DNA of 27,260 nucleotides, taken from a virus. Lineage: Duplodnaviria; Caudoviricetes. Below the pieces are notes generated by a model. It ran no database searches and had not been told where the DNA came from. It worked only from the letters and a program-made list of their open reading frames with translations. Below are positions 1-8,552 of the stretch, piece by piece (position 1 is the first letter of the stretch; each line of letters starts with the position of its first letter). The position numbers and the translations under genes are program-made. The DNA lies in IMG/VR virus record IMGVR_UViG_3300020045_003128, positions 1 through 27,260 of that record; one strand, 5' to 3'.

Positions 1-58
1 GTAACCTGGTCGCTGCCGATAACATGATCAACAATTTCCAACACTCTCCACCATGAAT
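1..58 (-). repeat. Inverted diverged copy of 2549..2606 (tail-tip gene segment)
   Basis: The reverse complement encodes SWWRVLEIVDHVIGSDQVT versus SWWRVLEIVDHVIGNDMTT at 2551..2607. 44/58 nt are identical, with a perfect 13-bp match (46..58 vs 2549..2561). Confidence 0.9.
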
Positions 59-547
59 GGAGCGGACAGTGTTTTCGGGAACAAGTATTTATTCTATCCG
101 GTTGAGGACGATTGTTTGTTGGGTACTTATGGAATCCGGCTTGCGTGGATCAACTCAATGGGCGGGTGGGATTATTTCTGGTTCTCAAAATTGTTCGTTG
201 AGAAATATGAAATAGAAAGAAAGCGATTCAGAAAAGTATTAGGCACGTATGGAGACGCAACGTTTGATTACGCACAATATGACAGGGGCTTAACTGAAGT
301 TGAAGTAATGACTGACGAGCTATTAACCATTTCAACAGATTGGCTAGAGGATGGTGAGTTTTCATTTTTGGGGAACCTAATACGAAGCCGCCATGTGTAT
401 ATTATTGAGACATCAGGTGAAGATATAGGCGTTAGCTATATCACACCCGTTGTCATTGAACGAAACGATTGGGAGGATCAGAAATCGTCATTCACGCAGA
501 TTAAGAAACTCGAACTAACTATTCGTTGTGCGAACAAGCTATGGTAG
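53..547 (+). CDS. Putative minor tail protein, probably 5'-truncated
   Basis: Contains IRLAWINSMGGWDYFWF, a motif typical of tail-module proteins in Bacteroidota phages. It overlaps the next tail gene. In-frame stops lie upstream and the sequence reads as mid-protein; 1-58 is an inverted copy of another gene segment. Confidence 0.6.
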   Translation: MNGADSVFGNKYLFYPVEDDCLLGTYGIRLAWINSMGGWDYFWFSKLFVEKYEIERKRFRKVLGTYGDATFDYAQYDRGLTEVEVMTDELLTISTDWLEDGEFSFLGNLIRSRHVYIIETSGEDIGVSYITPVVIERNDWEDQKSSFTQIKKLELTIRCANKLW

Positions 548-3162
548 ATGTCCGTCTTGAAATATGGAACGAAACGGATGATGTTTGGGCGATGCTCGAC
601 CTGTACGAAGACGAAAACATTTCTTACAACGCGAGGTTCAACGATGTAAAAGATTTCGCTACTGTTGGAAATTTCTCAAGAGACTTTCGGATTCCAGCAA
701 GCGATACCAACATTTCTTTTTTCGGTGATTTGTTCAACGTCAACTTATCAGGATGGTTTGACTTCAGAAGAAAAGCAACTGCGAGGTTATGGGTTGATAC
801 TATCCTGATTTGCGAAGGCCATATTCAAATCAAAAAATGTTTACGCGCTAACGGTTCATTCACTGAGTTTGAGATTGTTCTTTATGCCGAGATGCCGAAC
901 CTTTCAAAAGCAATCGGTGATAAAAAATTTACTGACATCACAGACCTGTCAACATTGAATACCGCTCTGGAATATGTATCACTCGAAGATTCTGTTGACC
1001 TTACTCTCGAAAGTGGAAATGTGATTTACGCCCTAATAGAAAAAGGCCAGCACTTTGACGAGACTGGAGCGGTAGGTACAAGGCCGATTTACAATGAATC
1101 AAATCCTTTATACATCGGAGACTTTACACCGTGTGTGAATGCTCTGTGGTTATGGCAAAAGATTTTTTCTGATGCTGGGTTTTATTATTTGGGTGCGGCT
1201 CTCGATACTGAATTAGAAAAGTATTGGATACCCTGGCTCGTTGACAAATCTGTAAAGTCAACCGAAACACCACAAGGTCAATTATTCAGAGTAGGAATTG
1301 ACTCAGACTTAAACGCTCAGACAGTTCCTTTAATCATGGCAGCACAGTTAGATGAACAATGGGATAACGGTGCGAACGTGGCCGCTGGGATATTCACTGC
1401 ACCTTATACAGGTAACTACACATTCAGGGCGTGGGTGCATTTCCGTAGGGAAGAGGTTTCCGGTCAATCGGCACAGTTTCATTTGAGACTTTGCAAAAAC
1501 GGAAATGCGTTAGGCGACACAATAGCTGAAGCGTTAAGTCAGGGATTGATCGGTGACAACACCCAGATTCACCAGATATTTCTTCAAACGGAATTGTTGT
1601 TAGTGGCCGGTGATACAATGCAAATGGTTTTAAGCGGTGATACGGGTTACAACTGGGATATAATTTCATCGGGTACTTACGATCCGAACGTAGGAACGGG
1701 ATGGGAGTTGATGAGTTGTTCTGATCCTTTACAAGACGCAACGGTTGATATGGTGTTGAACGCTCCAGACATGAAGCAAGTTGATTTCATTCGCTCGATT
1801 ATTCAGATGCACAATCTTGTTTTAGTTCCGGATCAAACAGCACCGAATAAACTCACTGTTGAATTCATGACAGACTACTTAGGTAGTGGTGATGATCTTG
1901 ATTGGACTGGTAAATTAGACGTAAGTAAGGATGTTCAGATTTACCCAACTACCGAACTACAATCACGATCACTTGAATGGACTTATACCGATGATGCTGA
2001 TTTCTTAAATACCCTCTACAAAGAACAAGGGAAGCGAACATACGGAAGGCAAATCTTTGAGGACACGGGAAATGATTTCGCACAAGGCGAAGGAAAGGTT
2101 CAAATCTCATTTGCTCCAACTCCATGTAATGCGATCCCCGGAACCAATGTTGTCATTCCAAAGTTTGTAAACCAACAAGGCGAATTCATAAATCCAAAAC
2201 CGAGAATACTTTACTATGCTGGTACTGCTTTGGGCGTAAAGGTTTATGATTTTGACGCGGTGGATACTGCAGACACCGAAGTAATTCTATTGTCACACTA
2301 TCAGGTTGTAGATGCCGAAATTGATACCAACGATTTGAATTTCGGGATGGAAGTTCCGCAATACTCAACAGTCGGCCAGCCTTATCCTACACTTTACAAT
2401 CGTTACTGGAGAAACTATATCCGTGAAATTTACGGTGGTCTTGGTGCTGATGATTTGTTCGATGCTCCATTTATGATGGAGGCTTATTTCGATTTGAAAA
2501 CAAAGGACATTTACTTCACTAAATTTTCAGACAAGATTTGGATTGTTGATTCATGGTGGAGGGTTCTAGAAATTGTTGATCACGTTATTGGAAATGACAT
2601 GACAACGAAAGTCAAGCTGATGAAAATTCTTGATGTTCAGGTTGAGTGCGCGTGGACGCCTGATTCATCTGGGGCCGGTGGGTTGATTGTATTTCTTTCT
2701 TCTGACGGAGTAACTACAGGAGACGGAACAGAAACTTGTTGTGAACTATACGGCTATGTGTGGAATTCAACTAACTCGAAATGCTATACGATAAACGGAA
2801 GTGGCGCACCGAACGTACCTCAGATGCCGGATTTCCCAGGGGCTGGATTCAACGGCCAGGGTTCGATGCAACTACCGATAGCAAGCGTCACATCTACCTA
2901 TACAGTTTCACCGTTTGATTATACGATTTTAGTAGACACAACAGGGGGGGCAATCACAATCAATCTTCCTTTGGCGTCTGAGAAATACGGACGAACTTTG
3001 ATTATTAAAAAAACTGATGCCGCTGCGAACAATGTTACTATTGACGGGAGCGGAAGTGAGACAATAGACGGGGCAACAACTAAAGTTCTTACGGCTCGTT
3101 ATGAAACATACCAGATTCAAAGTGATGGTGTAGGATGGCACACAATCGCGTACAAAGCATGA
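541..3162 (+). CDS. Large tail tip / central tail protein with a C1q-like insert and a C-terminal beta-rich domain
   Basis: About 873 aa from ATG541. N-terminal LDLYEDENIS...FSRDFRIPAS pattern of Bacteroidota phage tail proteins, an internal GIFTAPYTGNYTF...LVAGDT C1q/TNF-like motif, and a C-terminal VDTTGGAITINLP...TIDG...SDGVGW domain. Confidence 0.75.
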   Translation: MVDVRLEIWNETDDVWAMLDLYEDENISYNARFNDVKDFATVGNFSRDFRIPASDTNISFFGDLFNVNLSGWFDFRRKATARLWVDTILICEGHIQIKKCLRANGSFTEFEIVLYAEMPNLSKAIGDKKFTDITDLSTLNTALEYVSLEDSVDLTLESGNVIYALIEKGQHFDETGAVGTRPIYNESNPLYIGDFTPCVNALWLWQKIFSDAGFYYLGAALDTELEKYWIPWLVDKSVKSTETPQGQLFRVGIDSDLNAQTVPLIMAAQLDEQWDNGANVAAGIFTAPYTGNYTFRAWVHFRREEVSGQSAQFHLRLCKNGNALGDTIAEALSQGLIGDNTQIHQIFLQTELLLVAGDTMQMVLSGDTGYNWDIISSGTYDPNVGTGWELMSCSDPLQDATVDMVLNAPDMKQVDFIRSIIQMHNLVLVPDQTAPNKLTVEFMTDYLGSGDDLDWTGKLDVSKDVQIYPTTELQSRSLEWTYTDDADFLNTLYKEQGKRTYGRQIFEDTGNDFAQGEGKVQISFAPTPCNAIPGTNVVIPKFVNQQGEFINPKPRILYYAGTALGVKVYDFDAVDTADTEVILLSHYQVVDAEIDTNDLNFGMEVPQYSTVGQPYPTLYNRYWRNYIREIYGGLGADDLFDAPFMMEAYFDLKTKDIYFTKFSDKIWIVDSWWRVLEIVDHVIGNDMTTKVKLMKILDVQVECAWTPDSSGAGGLIVFLSSDGVTTGDGTETCCELYGYVWNSTNSKCYTINGSGAPNVPQMPDFPGAGFNGQGSMQLPIASVTSTYTVSPFDYTILVDTTGGAITINLPLASEKYGRTLIIKKTDAAANNVTIDGSGSETIDGATTKVLTARYETYQIQSDGVGWHTIAYKA

Positions 3163-3332
3163 GCGGAGAAGACATAATCATATCAATGGAGCTTCTAAAA
3201 ACAGTTCGGTCAAAAAAACCCGCAGGGAGAATTGCGTCTGGTAAATACAAATTGAAGATGAGAAATGTTTACATCGCTGGTTCGTTATTCTGGCTTACAA
3301 TTATTGCAACCATCATTTATATTTTCACCTGA
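3159..3332 (+). CDS. Small protein with a C-terminal transmembrane helix
   Basis: ATGA overlap with the upstream stop, basic middle, hydrophobic C-terminus, TGATG overlap with the next gene. Confidence 0.6.
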   Translation: MSGEDIIISMELLKTVRSKKPAGRIASGKYKLKMRNVYIAGSLFWLTIIATIIYIFT

Positions 3333-4810
3333 TGTCAGACACTATTCACAGACTGATTCTTGAAACCGGGCAAGCCGAGGTAAAAGTTGAGACCATAAAA
3401 AAAGGTCTTGACGCGGCTGCTGTTTCTGGAAAGAAAGCCGGAAAAGAAATCAACGCAGGACTTCAGGAAGCGAAAAGAGGTGTGATTGGAATTGTCAATG
3501 ATTTGACAGGGGGGCTTGCTTCAAAGTTCATGGATGTGAAGGATGCGATTAGTGGTGCAACGAAAGGAATGACGGGATTCAAAGCCGCTTTAGTCGGAAC
3601 CGGAATTGGATTATTGGTTATTGCGCTGGGTGCGATTGTCGGATACAAGGACGAGTTATACGATACGTTTTTCGGGGCAAGCGAACAAGCTACAGAACTT
3701 GCCGAGTCAACCAAAGCAATCGCAGACGCCACAAAAGAATACACCGATAAGTGGTGGCCGCTTATGGAGCGGGCTTTAAAAGCACAGGGCGTGCTGGAGA
3801 CTGAAATACTTGCAAGAAAAAAAGAAATTCTCAAACAAGAACTCGAAACCCAGAAAGCCGCGTTACAGGCGCAAATAAATAAATCCATTGAGGTACTCGC
3901 ACTGGAAGAAGCAGACCAGAAAAGAGCGATGGCGTATGGCGCAAAGCGACTAACCGAACAAACCGAAACACAGAAAGAACAACTCAAACTTGTTGAAGAT
4001 TTTCGACTGAGAATTACAGAGATAAATGTTTTAATCTCAGAGGGAGACAAGCGGCAAACCGAAATCACTAAAGAAGAAAACGAAAAGAAGATTCAGTCGA
4101 ACAAAGACTACCTCACCAAGCGCGAGGCAATGGATGATGAGGCGCAGAAAGTCCGCGAGAATGACGCGAAGGATTTTGTAATGAAACAAGCGGCACTCAC
4201 CCCGCAACTTCTATTACCGGATCAAATGCTGGCTGATGGTAAAATGGCAATCCAAAAAAGGATTGACGACAACCAAAAGTTGATTGATGAGAACGCGCTG
4301 AAAAGAAAGAAAGACTTTCACGCTCACGAAATTGCTTTTGCTGAAATGGCACTCAACACGATTTCACTATTGGCCGAAGATGTGGGTGCGAAAAGTGAGA
4401 AGCATAGCAAACGAGCGTTCAACATTCAAAAGAAAGTTGCAGCAGCACAAGCGGTGATTGATACCTACAAAGGAATCAACGCAATCTTCGCAAGTGCCGC
4501 AGCGAATCCGGCTTCTGTTTTGTTCCCTGGATTTCCATTTGTTCAGGCGGCTTTGGCTGGGGCTGCTGGATTTGCCAATGTGAAAAAGATTCTTGCGTCT
4601 CAGTTTGGCGGTGGCGCAGCTTCCGGTGGTGATTCGGGCAGTGGTGGAGGTGGTTCGTTCTCGGGTTTCGCAACTCAATCACCAACGGCTCCCATGCCTA
4701 CGGTTCAAAACCAACAACAACCGCAACCAGTGCAAGCGTATGTGTTGAGTGGAAATGTTTCCGATGCTGGTGAAGCAAGAAAGAAAATCTCAGATCAAGC
4801 ACGACTATAA
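3332..4810 (+). CDS. Tape-measure-like protein (short, 492 aa)
   Basis: Ala/Gly/Lys-rich and helical, with a KAALVGTGIGLLVIALG hydrophobic segment, a coiled-coil centre and a C-terminal AGFANVKKI...QAYVLSGNV pattern. Lies in the tail module. Confidence 0.7.
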   Translation: MSDTIHRLILETGQAEVKVETIKKGLDAAAVSGKKAGKEINAGLQEAKRGVIGIVNDLTGGLASKFMDVKDAISGATKGMTGFKAALVGTGIGLLVIALGAIVGYKDELYDTFFGASEQATELAESTKAIADATKEYTDKWWPLMERALKAQGVLETEILARKKEILKQELETQKAALQAQINKSIEVLALEEADQKRAMAYGAKRLTEQTETQKEQLKLVEDFRLRITEINVLISEGDKRQTEITKEENEKKIQSNKDYLTKREAMDDEAQKVRENDAKDFVMKQAALTPQLLLPDQMLADGKMAIQKRIDDNQKLIDENALKRKKDFHAHEIAFAEMALNTISLLAEDVGAKSEKHSKRAFNIQKKVAAAQAVIDTYKGINAIFASAAANPASVLFPGFPFVQAALAGAAGFANVKKILASQFGGGAASGGDSGSGGGGSFSGFATQSPTAPMPTVQNQQQPQPVQAYVLSGNVSDAGEARKKISDQARL

Positions 4811-4815
4811 ATTTG
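4808..4815 (+). promoter_or_regulatory. Bacteroidota sigma-A -7 element (TAAATTTG), 4 nt before ATG4820
   Basis: Exact TAnnTTTG match; no clear -33 TTTG; overlaps the upstream stop codon. Confidence 0.45.
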
Positions 4816-4819
4816 TACC

Positions 4820-5428
4820 ATGAAAAAAATTCAAATCATTGATTTCGGAATTGACCCAACTTTAGCCGTTGGGCTTACTGCTATTTCACTCGTTGACAGA
4901 CCAGCGATTGAATCAATGTTCATCGCACTTGGTGAAGCGCAACTGAAAACAAAACATACCGTTCATGTTGATTTTTCCACAGCAAAGAAGCAAGATAAAA
5001 GGCGAATGTTATTCGGGGCTGTACTCATTCCTGACAAATTGATTCTCAGAAAAAACCCGACATCAGGAGAAGAGTATTACATGCGGATCAACGCGGAGAC
5101 AGTTCAAACGTTGGCTCACTCATACCTGAGAAACTTCCTTCAAAATTCAACGAAGGTTGATCACTCACTTTCTGTAAAAGGATGCACGTTGGTTGAAACA
5201 TGGCTCAAAGAATTCGATGATGATAAATCAGTTGGTTTCGGAATTGACGAACCAATCGGAACATGGTTCATTGGAATGCACGTTGAGAATGATGAAGTAT
5301 GGAAAGCAGTAGAGGCCGGAACCTTCAAAGGATTTTCAGTAGAGGTTGATCTCGTTGTTACAAACCGAAGCGAAGAAAGTGTTGATGAACAACTCTTACA
5401 TGAACTTGAAGCTATACTTTCAGAATGA
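4820..5428 (+). CDS. Prohead protease, XkdF/phage serine protease-like
   Basis: AISLVDRPA, RMLFGAVLIPD, GTWFIGMHV, VW..V..GTFKGFSVE motifs; upstream of scaffold and capsid. Confidence 0.85.
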   Translation: MKKIQIIDFGIDPTLAVGLTAISLVDRPAIESMFIALGEAQLKTKHTVHVDFSTAKKQDKRRMLFGAVLIPDKLILRKNPTSGEEYYMRINAETVQTLAHSYLRNFLQNSTKVDHSLSVKGCTLVETWLKEFDDDKSVGFGIDEPIGTWFIGMHVENDEVWKAVEAGTFKGFSVEVDLVVTNRSEESVDEQLLHELEAILSE

Positions 5429-5877
5429 AAACCCTGATTGCATTTCTGATTTCAATTTCCAGTCAAGCGCAGTTTCAGTTTTCTGATTTCCACTGCTATC
5501 AATCATCAACTGAATCATGCTTTGATTTTGACGAAAACTCAACAGTGAACATCACAGACTTTCTTCGCGTCACCTCCTTATTCGGATCGAATGATTTTGA
5601 CATCACAACTTTTCTTTTGTTCACCGGGGATTTCGGTAGTGGCCAATGCGAAATTGAAACAACAATCCTGGATTCATTCACGGATTATTTTTTCGCATCA
5701 AGCGGTGCGATATTTTCTTACGATGAATCTTCTGGTATCTCACTTGGGATTTTACTCTACACTTCCGAAGATGAAACGGAAAACTATTACGAGTGTGAGT
5801 TGTTATGCCTCAATAGTTTCAAGTACATCGTGACCTATTGCGATGGCTCGGAAGAAATTTATTTCTTTGCGCGTTAG
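5425..5877 (+). CDS. Secreted protein with a dockerin/EF-hand-like motif (moron-like)
   Basis: Signal peptide MKTLIAFLISISSQAQ and a DFDENSTVNITDFL...FG Ca-loop-like motif. ATGA-coupled to the protease and followed by a terminator. Confidence 0.6.
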   Translation: MKTLIAFLISISSQAQFQFSDFHCYQSSTESCFDFDENSTVNITDFLRVTSLFGSNDFDITTFLLFTGDFGSGQCEIETTILDSFTDYFFASSGAIFSYDESSGISLGILLYTSEDETENYYECELLCLNSFKYIVTYCDGSEEIYFFAR

Positions 5878-5908
5878 TTTTTTCTTTGTATTCATTGTAA
5901 AATTGTTA

Positions 5909-5945
5909 GCGAAACAGCCCTCAGAAATGGGGGCTTTTCGTTTTA
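5909..5945 (+). terminator. Rho-independent terminator
   Basis: AGCCCTCA-GAAA-TGGGGGCT hairpin followed by TTTCGTTTT. Confidence 0.8.
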
Positions 5946-5950
5946 TGTGC

Positions 5951-5977
5951 GGAACGAAAAAAGAACTCGGGCGTTTA
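5951..5977 (+). promoter_or_regulatory. Putative ECF-sigma-type late promoter (GGAAC-N16-CGTTTA)
   Basis: GGAAC at 5951-5955 and CGTT at 5972-5975, directly after a terminator and about 20 nt before the scaffold ATG. Confidence 0.55.
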
Positions 5978-5995
5978 TATGAAAACCGTTTCACC

Positions 5996-6553
5996 ATGAC
6001 AAAGCGCGAAAAAGTTGCCGCAGTTCTGCAAAAATTTGGATTCAAATTGTCCTCTGACGAGCCTGTAAAACTCGCAGCCGTTGACACAGCAGACGGAAAA
6101 AAAATCTACACTGATGCGGAGAAATTCGCAAAAGGTGTTTCGTGTTTTGAGGACGAAGCCGGAACAAAACCATGTGCGGATGGTGATTACAAACTCGCCT
6201 CTGGAGAAACGCTCACGGTAGCCGGTGGAAAAGTTTCCGACATCAAAGAGGAAGAAAAGAAAATGACTGAGGAAGAAACTCTCGAGGCGGTAAACGCTTT
6301 GGCCACGAAACTCGATGAGACCACAACCGAAAAAGAAAAGGTTGAGGCCGAACTCACGACTGTAAAAGAAAAACTTTCTGCCGTTGAGAAAAAGAACCTT
6401 GATCTCATCGCTGAGAACAGAGTTCTCGCGTCTCGCCTGGTTCCTGATCCGACAAAAATTCACCTTTCAAAACCAGTGAAACCATCTGAAAAAGAGTGGG
6501 AGAAAATGTCTCACCCTGAACGAATCGCATTCACACTTTCACAATCCAACTAA
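5996..6553 (+). CDS. Capsid scaffolding-like protein
   Basis: ATG5996 preferred to the ORF-track start. Contains P.ADG.Y.L..G..L.V..G.V and a Glu/Lys coiled coil; precedes the capsid genes. Confidence 0.7.
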   Translation: MTKREKVAAVLQKFGFKLSSDEPVKLAAVDTADGKKIYTDAEKFAKGVSCFEDEAGTKPCADGDYKLASGETLTVAGGKVSDIKEEEKKMTEEETLEAVNALATKLDETTTEKEKVEAELTTVKEKLSAVEKKNLDLIAENRVLASRLVPDPTKIHLSKPVKPSEKEWEKMSHPERIAFTLSQSN

Positions 6554-6967
6554 ATGCCAACCACACAATCCAACGACACTCTCCGTTTACGGAGGCCTCA
6601 GAATACAATTACAGCGTCTGTTACGCTGACTGAATCTGATGCGGGCAAAGACCACAACGTTGCAACAGACGCGCTTGTGATTACACTTCCGTTGATTTCA
6701 ACAGAGAACATCGGAATGGAGTATCTGTTCCGAAACACAGGTGCGGACGGAAACAACATCATCACGCTTTCACCAAATGCGGCTGATGGCATCATTGGCT
6801 CAATCTCAAACGCTGCTGCTGATTCAGTGGCTTCAGGCGTGGTGAATAAAGACCTCGTTCACACAAAAGCCACATCGAACAAGGGCGACTATGTGCGAAT
6901 CCGCGCAGTCGCTTTGACCCTCTGGTACATCGAAGCCGGTGTTGGAATTTGGGCTTCAGAAGCATAA
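6554..6967 (+). CDS. Putative capsid decoration / structural protein
   Basis: Thr/Ala-rich beta protein (TLTESDAGK...VITLP...G...F) between scaffold and capsid. Confidence 0.55.
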   Translation: MPTTQSNDTLRLRRPQNTITASVTLTESDAGKDHNVATDALVITLPLISTENIGMEYLFRNTGADGNNIITLSPNAADGIIGSISNAAADSVASGVVNKDLVHTKATSNKGDYVRIRAVALTLWYIEAGVGIWASEA

Positions 6968-6991
6968 GAATTTTCAAAACGAAAAATAGTA

Positions 6992-7903
6992 ATGCCAACA
7001 ACAACAGCACTAACCACAACCTACGCGGGCAAGTTCGCAGGGAAGTATATTCTTTCTGCGTTCAAATCTCTTGACACGCTCAAGCACATCACCGTAAAGG
7101 AGAACATCGCTTACAAGGAAGTGGTGAAGAAACTTGTAAACACCGTAACATTCGGTGCGCCTTCGTGCGACTTCACTCCGGGCGGAACCGTTACAATCAC
7201 AGAAAGGGCTTTGACCCTGGAGTGGTTTGACGTTGCGCGGGTACTCTGCAAAAACGATTTCCTCACTGATTGGGAGACCGATCAGATGGGTGGACTTTCA
7301 AAACTTCCCCCCGCACTTCAGGAAACAATGCTGCTTTCGATGCTCGGTGGAATCGCTCAGGAAATGGAACGTGTCATTCACGTGGGTGCGAATGCAACTG
7401 TAGGTGAATTCGATGGATTGAAAGTGTTGATGTTGGCTGATTCTACTGTGATTGACTCAGCCTCACAAACAACTCTTTCGTCTTCAAACATTGTGGCTGA
7501 GATTGGTGATTTGATAAACACTTTCGCGGCCTCTGCAAAAGGCCCGGCAGTGATGGCATCACAAGAGAAACCAAAACTCTACATGAATGCCTTTACATGG
7601 TTCCTATACCAACAGGCTCAAATGACACTCGGCAACGGGAATTTCTTCAATGTCGGTGCAGATATTCCGAAGCGTTACGGTGAATATGAAATCGCTGTTT
7701 GCGGTGGTATGCCAAACGATACTATGTATTTCATGCAGCCTTCAAACGTTTGGTTCGGAACCAACGGAGTGAGCGACCTGAACAACATCGCGGTTCTGGA
7801 TATGTTCGACCACGACCTTTCAAACAACGTGCGCTTCCGTGCGCAGTTTGCCGGTGGTGTACAGTATGGCTTCGGTGATGAAATCGGACTTTACGGAACC
7901 TGA
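6992..7903 (+). CDS. Major capsid protein
   Basis: TTTYAGKFAGKYI, CDFTPGGTVTITER.L, LCKNDF..DW, FDG, FGT..VSDLN, NVRF...F.GGVQYG: the pattern of Flavobacteria-type phage capsids. Followed by a terminator. Confidence 0.9.
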   Translation: MPTTTALTTTYAGKFAGKYILSAFKSLDTLKHITVKENIAYKEVVKKLVNTVTFGAPSCDFTPGGTVTITERALTLEWFDVARVLCKNDFLTDWETDQMGGLSKLPPALQETMLLSMLGGIAQEMERVIHVGANATVGEFDGLKVLMLADSTVIDSASQTTLSSSNIVAEIGDLINTFAASAKGPAVMASQEKPKLYMNAFTWFLYQQAQMTLGNGNFFNVGADIPKRYGEYEIAVCGGMPNDTMYFMQPSNVWFGTNGVSDLNNIAVLDMFDHDLSNNVRFRAQFAGGVQYGFGDEIGLYGT

Positions 7904-7923
7904 TAACTTCATAAACGAATAAC

Positions 7924-7956
7924 AAAAAGGGCGGGCGCAATCGCTCGCCTTTTTTT
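7924..7956 (+). terminator. Rho-independent terminator after the capsid gene
   Basis: AAAAAGGGCGGGCG-CAAT-CGCTCGCCTTTTTTT. Confidence 0.85.
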
Positions 7957-7969
7957 CAAAATAAAAAAT

Positions 7970-8551
7970 ATGGCTTGCGCATTAACAACAGGATTCTCTC
8001 GAGACTGTAAAGACGAAGTCGGTGGAATAACCGACATCTGTATTGCTTCATGGGCTGCTGTTGTGGCCACCGGACTGGCTTACGATGCCACTACCGGAGA
8101 AGTTGAGGATTTACCCACAGGTCTTGCGTTATTCCGTTATGAGGTTGATGATCTCAATTCATCTTTTACCGATCCGCTGACTGCCGAAGAAAACGGAGGT
8201 GCATCATGGAGTCCTGAAGTTTCCTGTCAACTCCGCGGGATCACCGCAGCCATGCGAAAAGAATTAAACCTACTCGCAAAAAATCGGGTGGTTGCTTTCA
8301 TTGTTCCTCACCGTAGTTCCGGTTATGCGAAGAAAATTTTCGCTGTCGGATTGTACAGAGGTCTTCAGTTAACCGGAGGTGGTTTTGAACACGGGGCCGG
8401 AATAGGTGATTTCTCAGGATTGAAACTCACACTGTCGGGAATGCAATCAGAGCCTATCAGGTTGGTTGAGGCGTACACCTCAGTTCCTTTCGACAACGCG
8501 GCTTTCTCATTGACAGTTTCACCGGCATTCAACGCAGCAGCTTATTTGTAA
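7970..8551 (+). CDS. Major tail (tube) protein
   Basis: MACALTTGFSRDCKDEVGGI N-terminus and GAGIGDFSGLKLTLSG motif; follows the capsid gene. Confidence 0.7.
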   Translation: MACALTTGFSRDCKDEVGGITDICIASWAAVVATGLAYDATTGEVEDLPTGLALFRYEVDDLNSSFTDPLTAEENGGASWSPEVSCQLRGITAAMRKELNLLAKNRVVAFIVPHRSSGYAKKIFAVGLYRGLQLTGGGFEHGAGIGDFSGLKLTLSGMQSEPIRLVEAYTSVPFDNAAFSLTVSPAFNAAAYL

Positions 8552-8552
8552 T

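Noticed and set aside
3463-4685. Antisense ORFs within the tape-measure-like gene, and similar ones across the window
   Set aside because: They fully overlap well-supported plus-strand genes and have no recognisable motifs.
5843-5995. ORF-track N-terminal extension of the scaffold (similar cases at 20736, 21391, 23276, 25553, 26140)
   Set aside because: The extensions run through terminators, promoters or upstream genes; downstream ATGs in coupled or A-rich context fit better.
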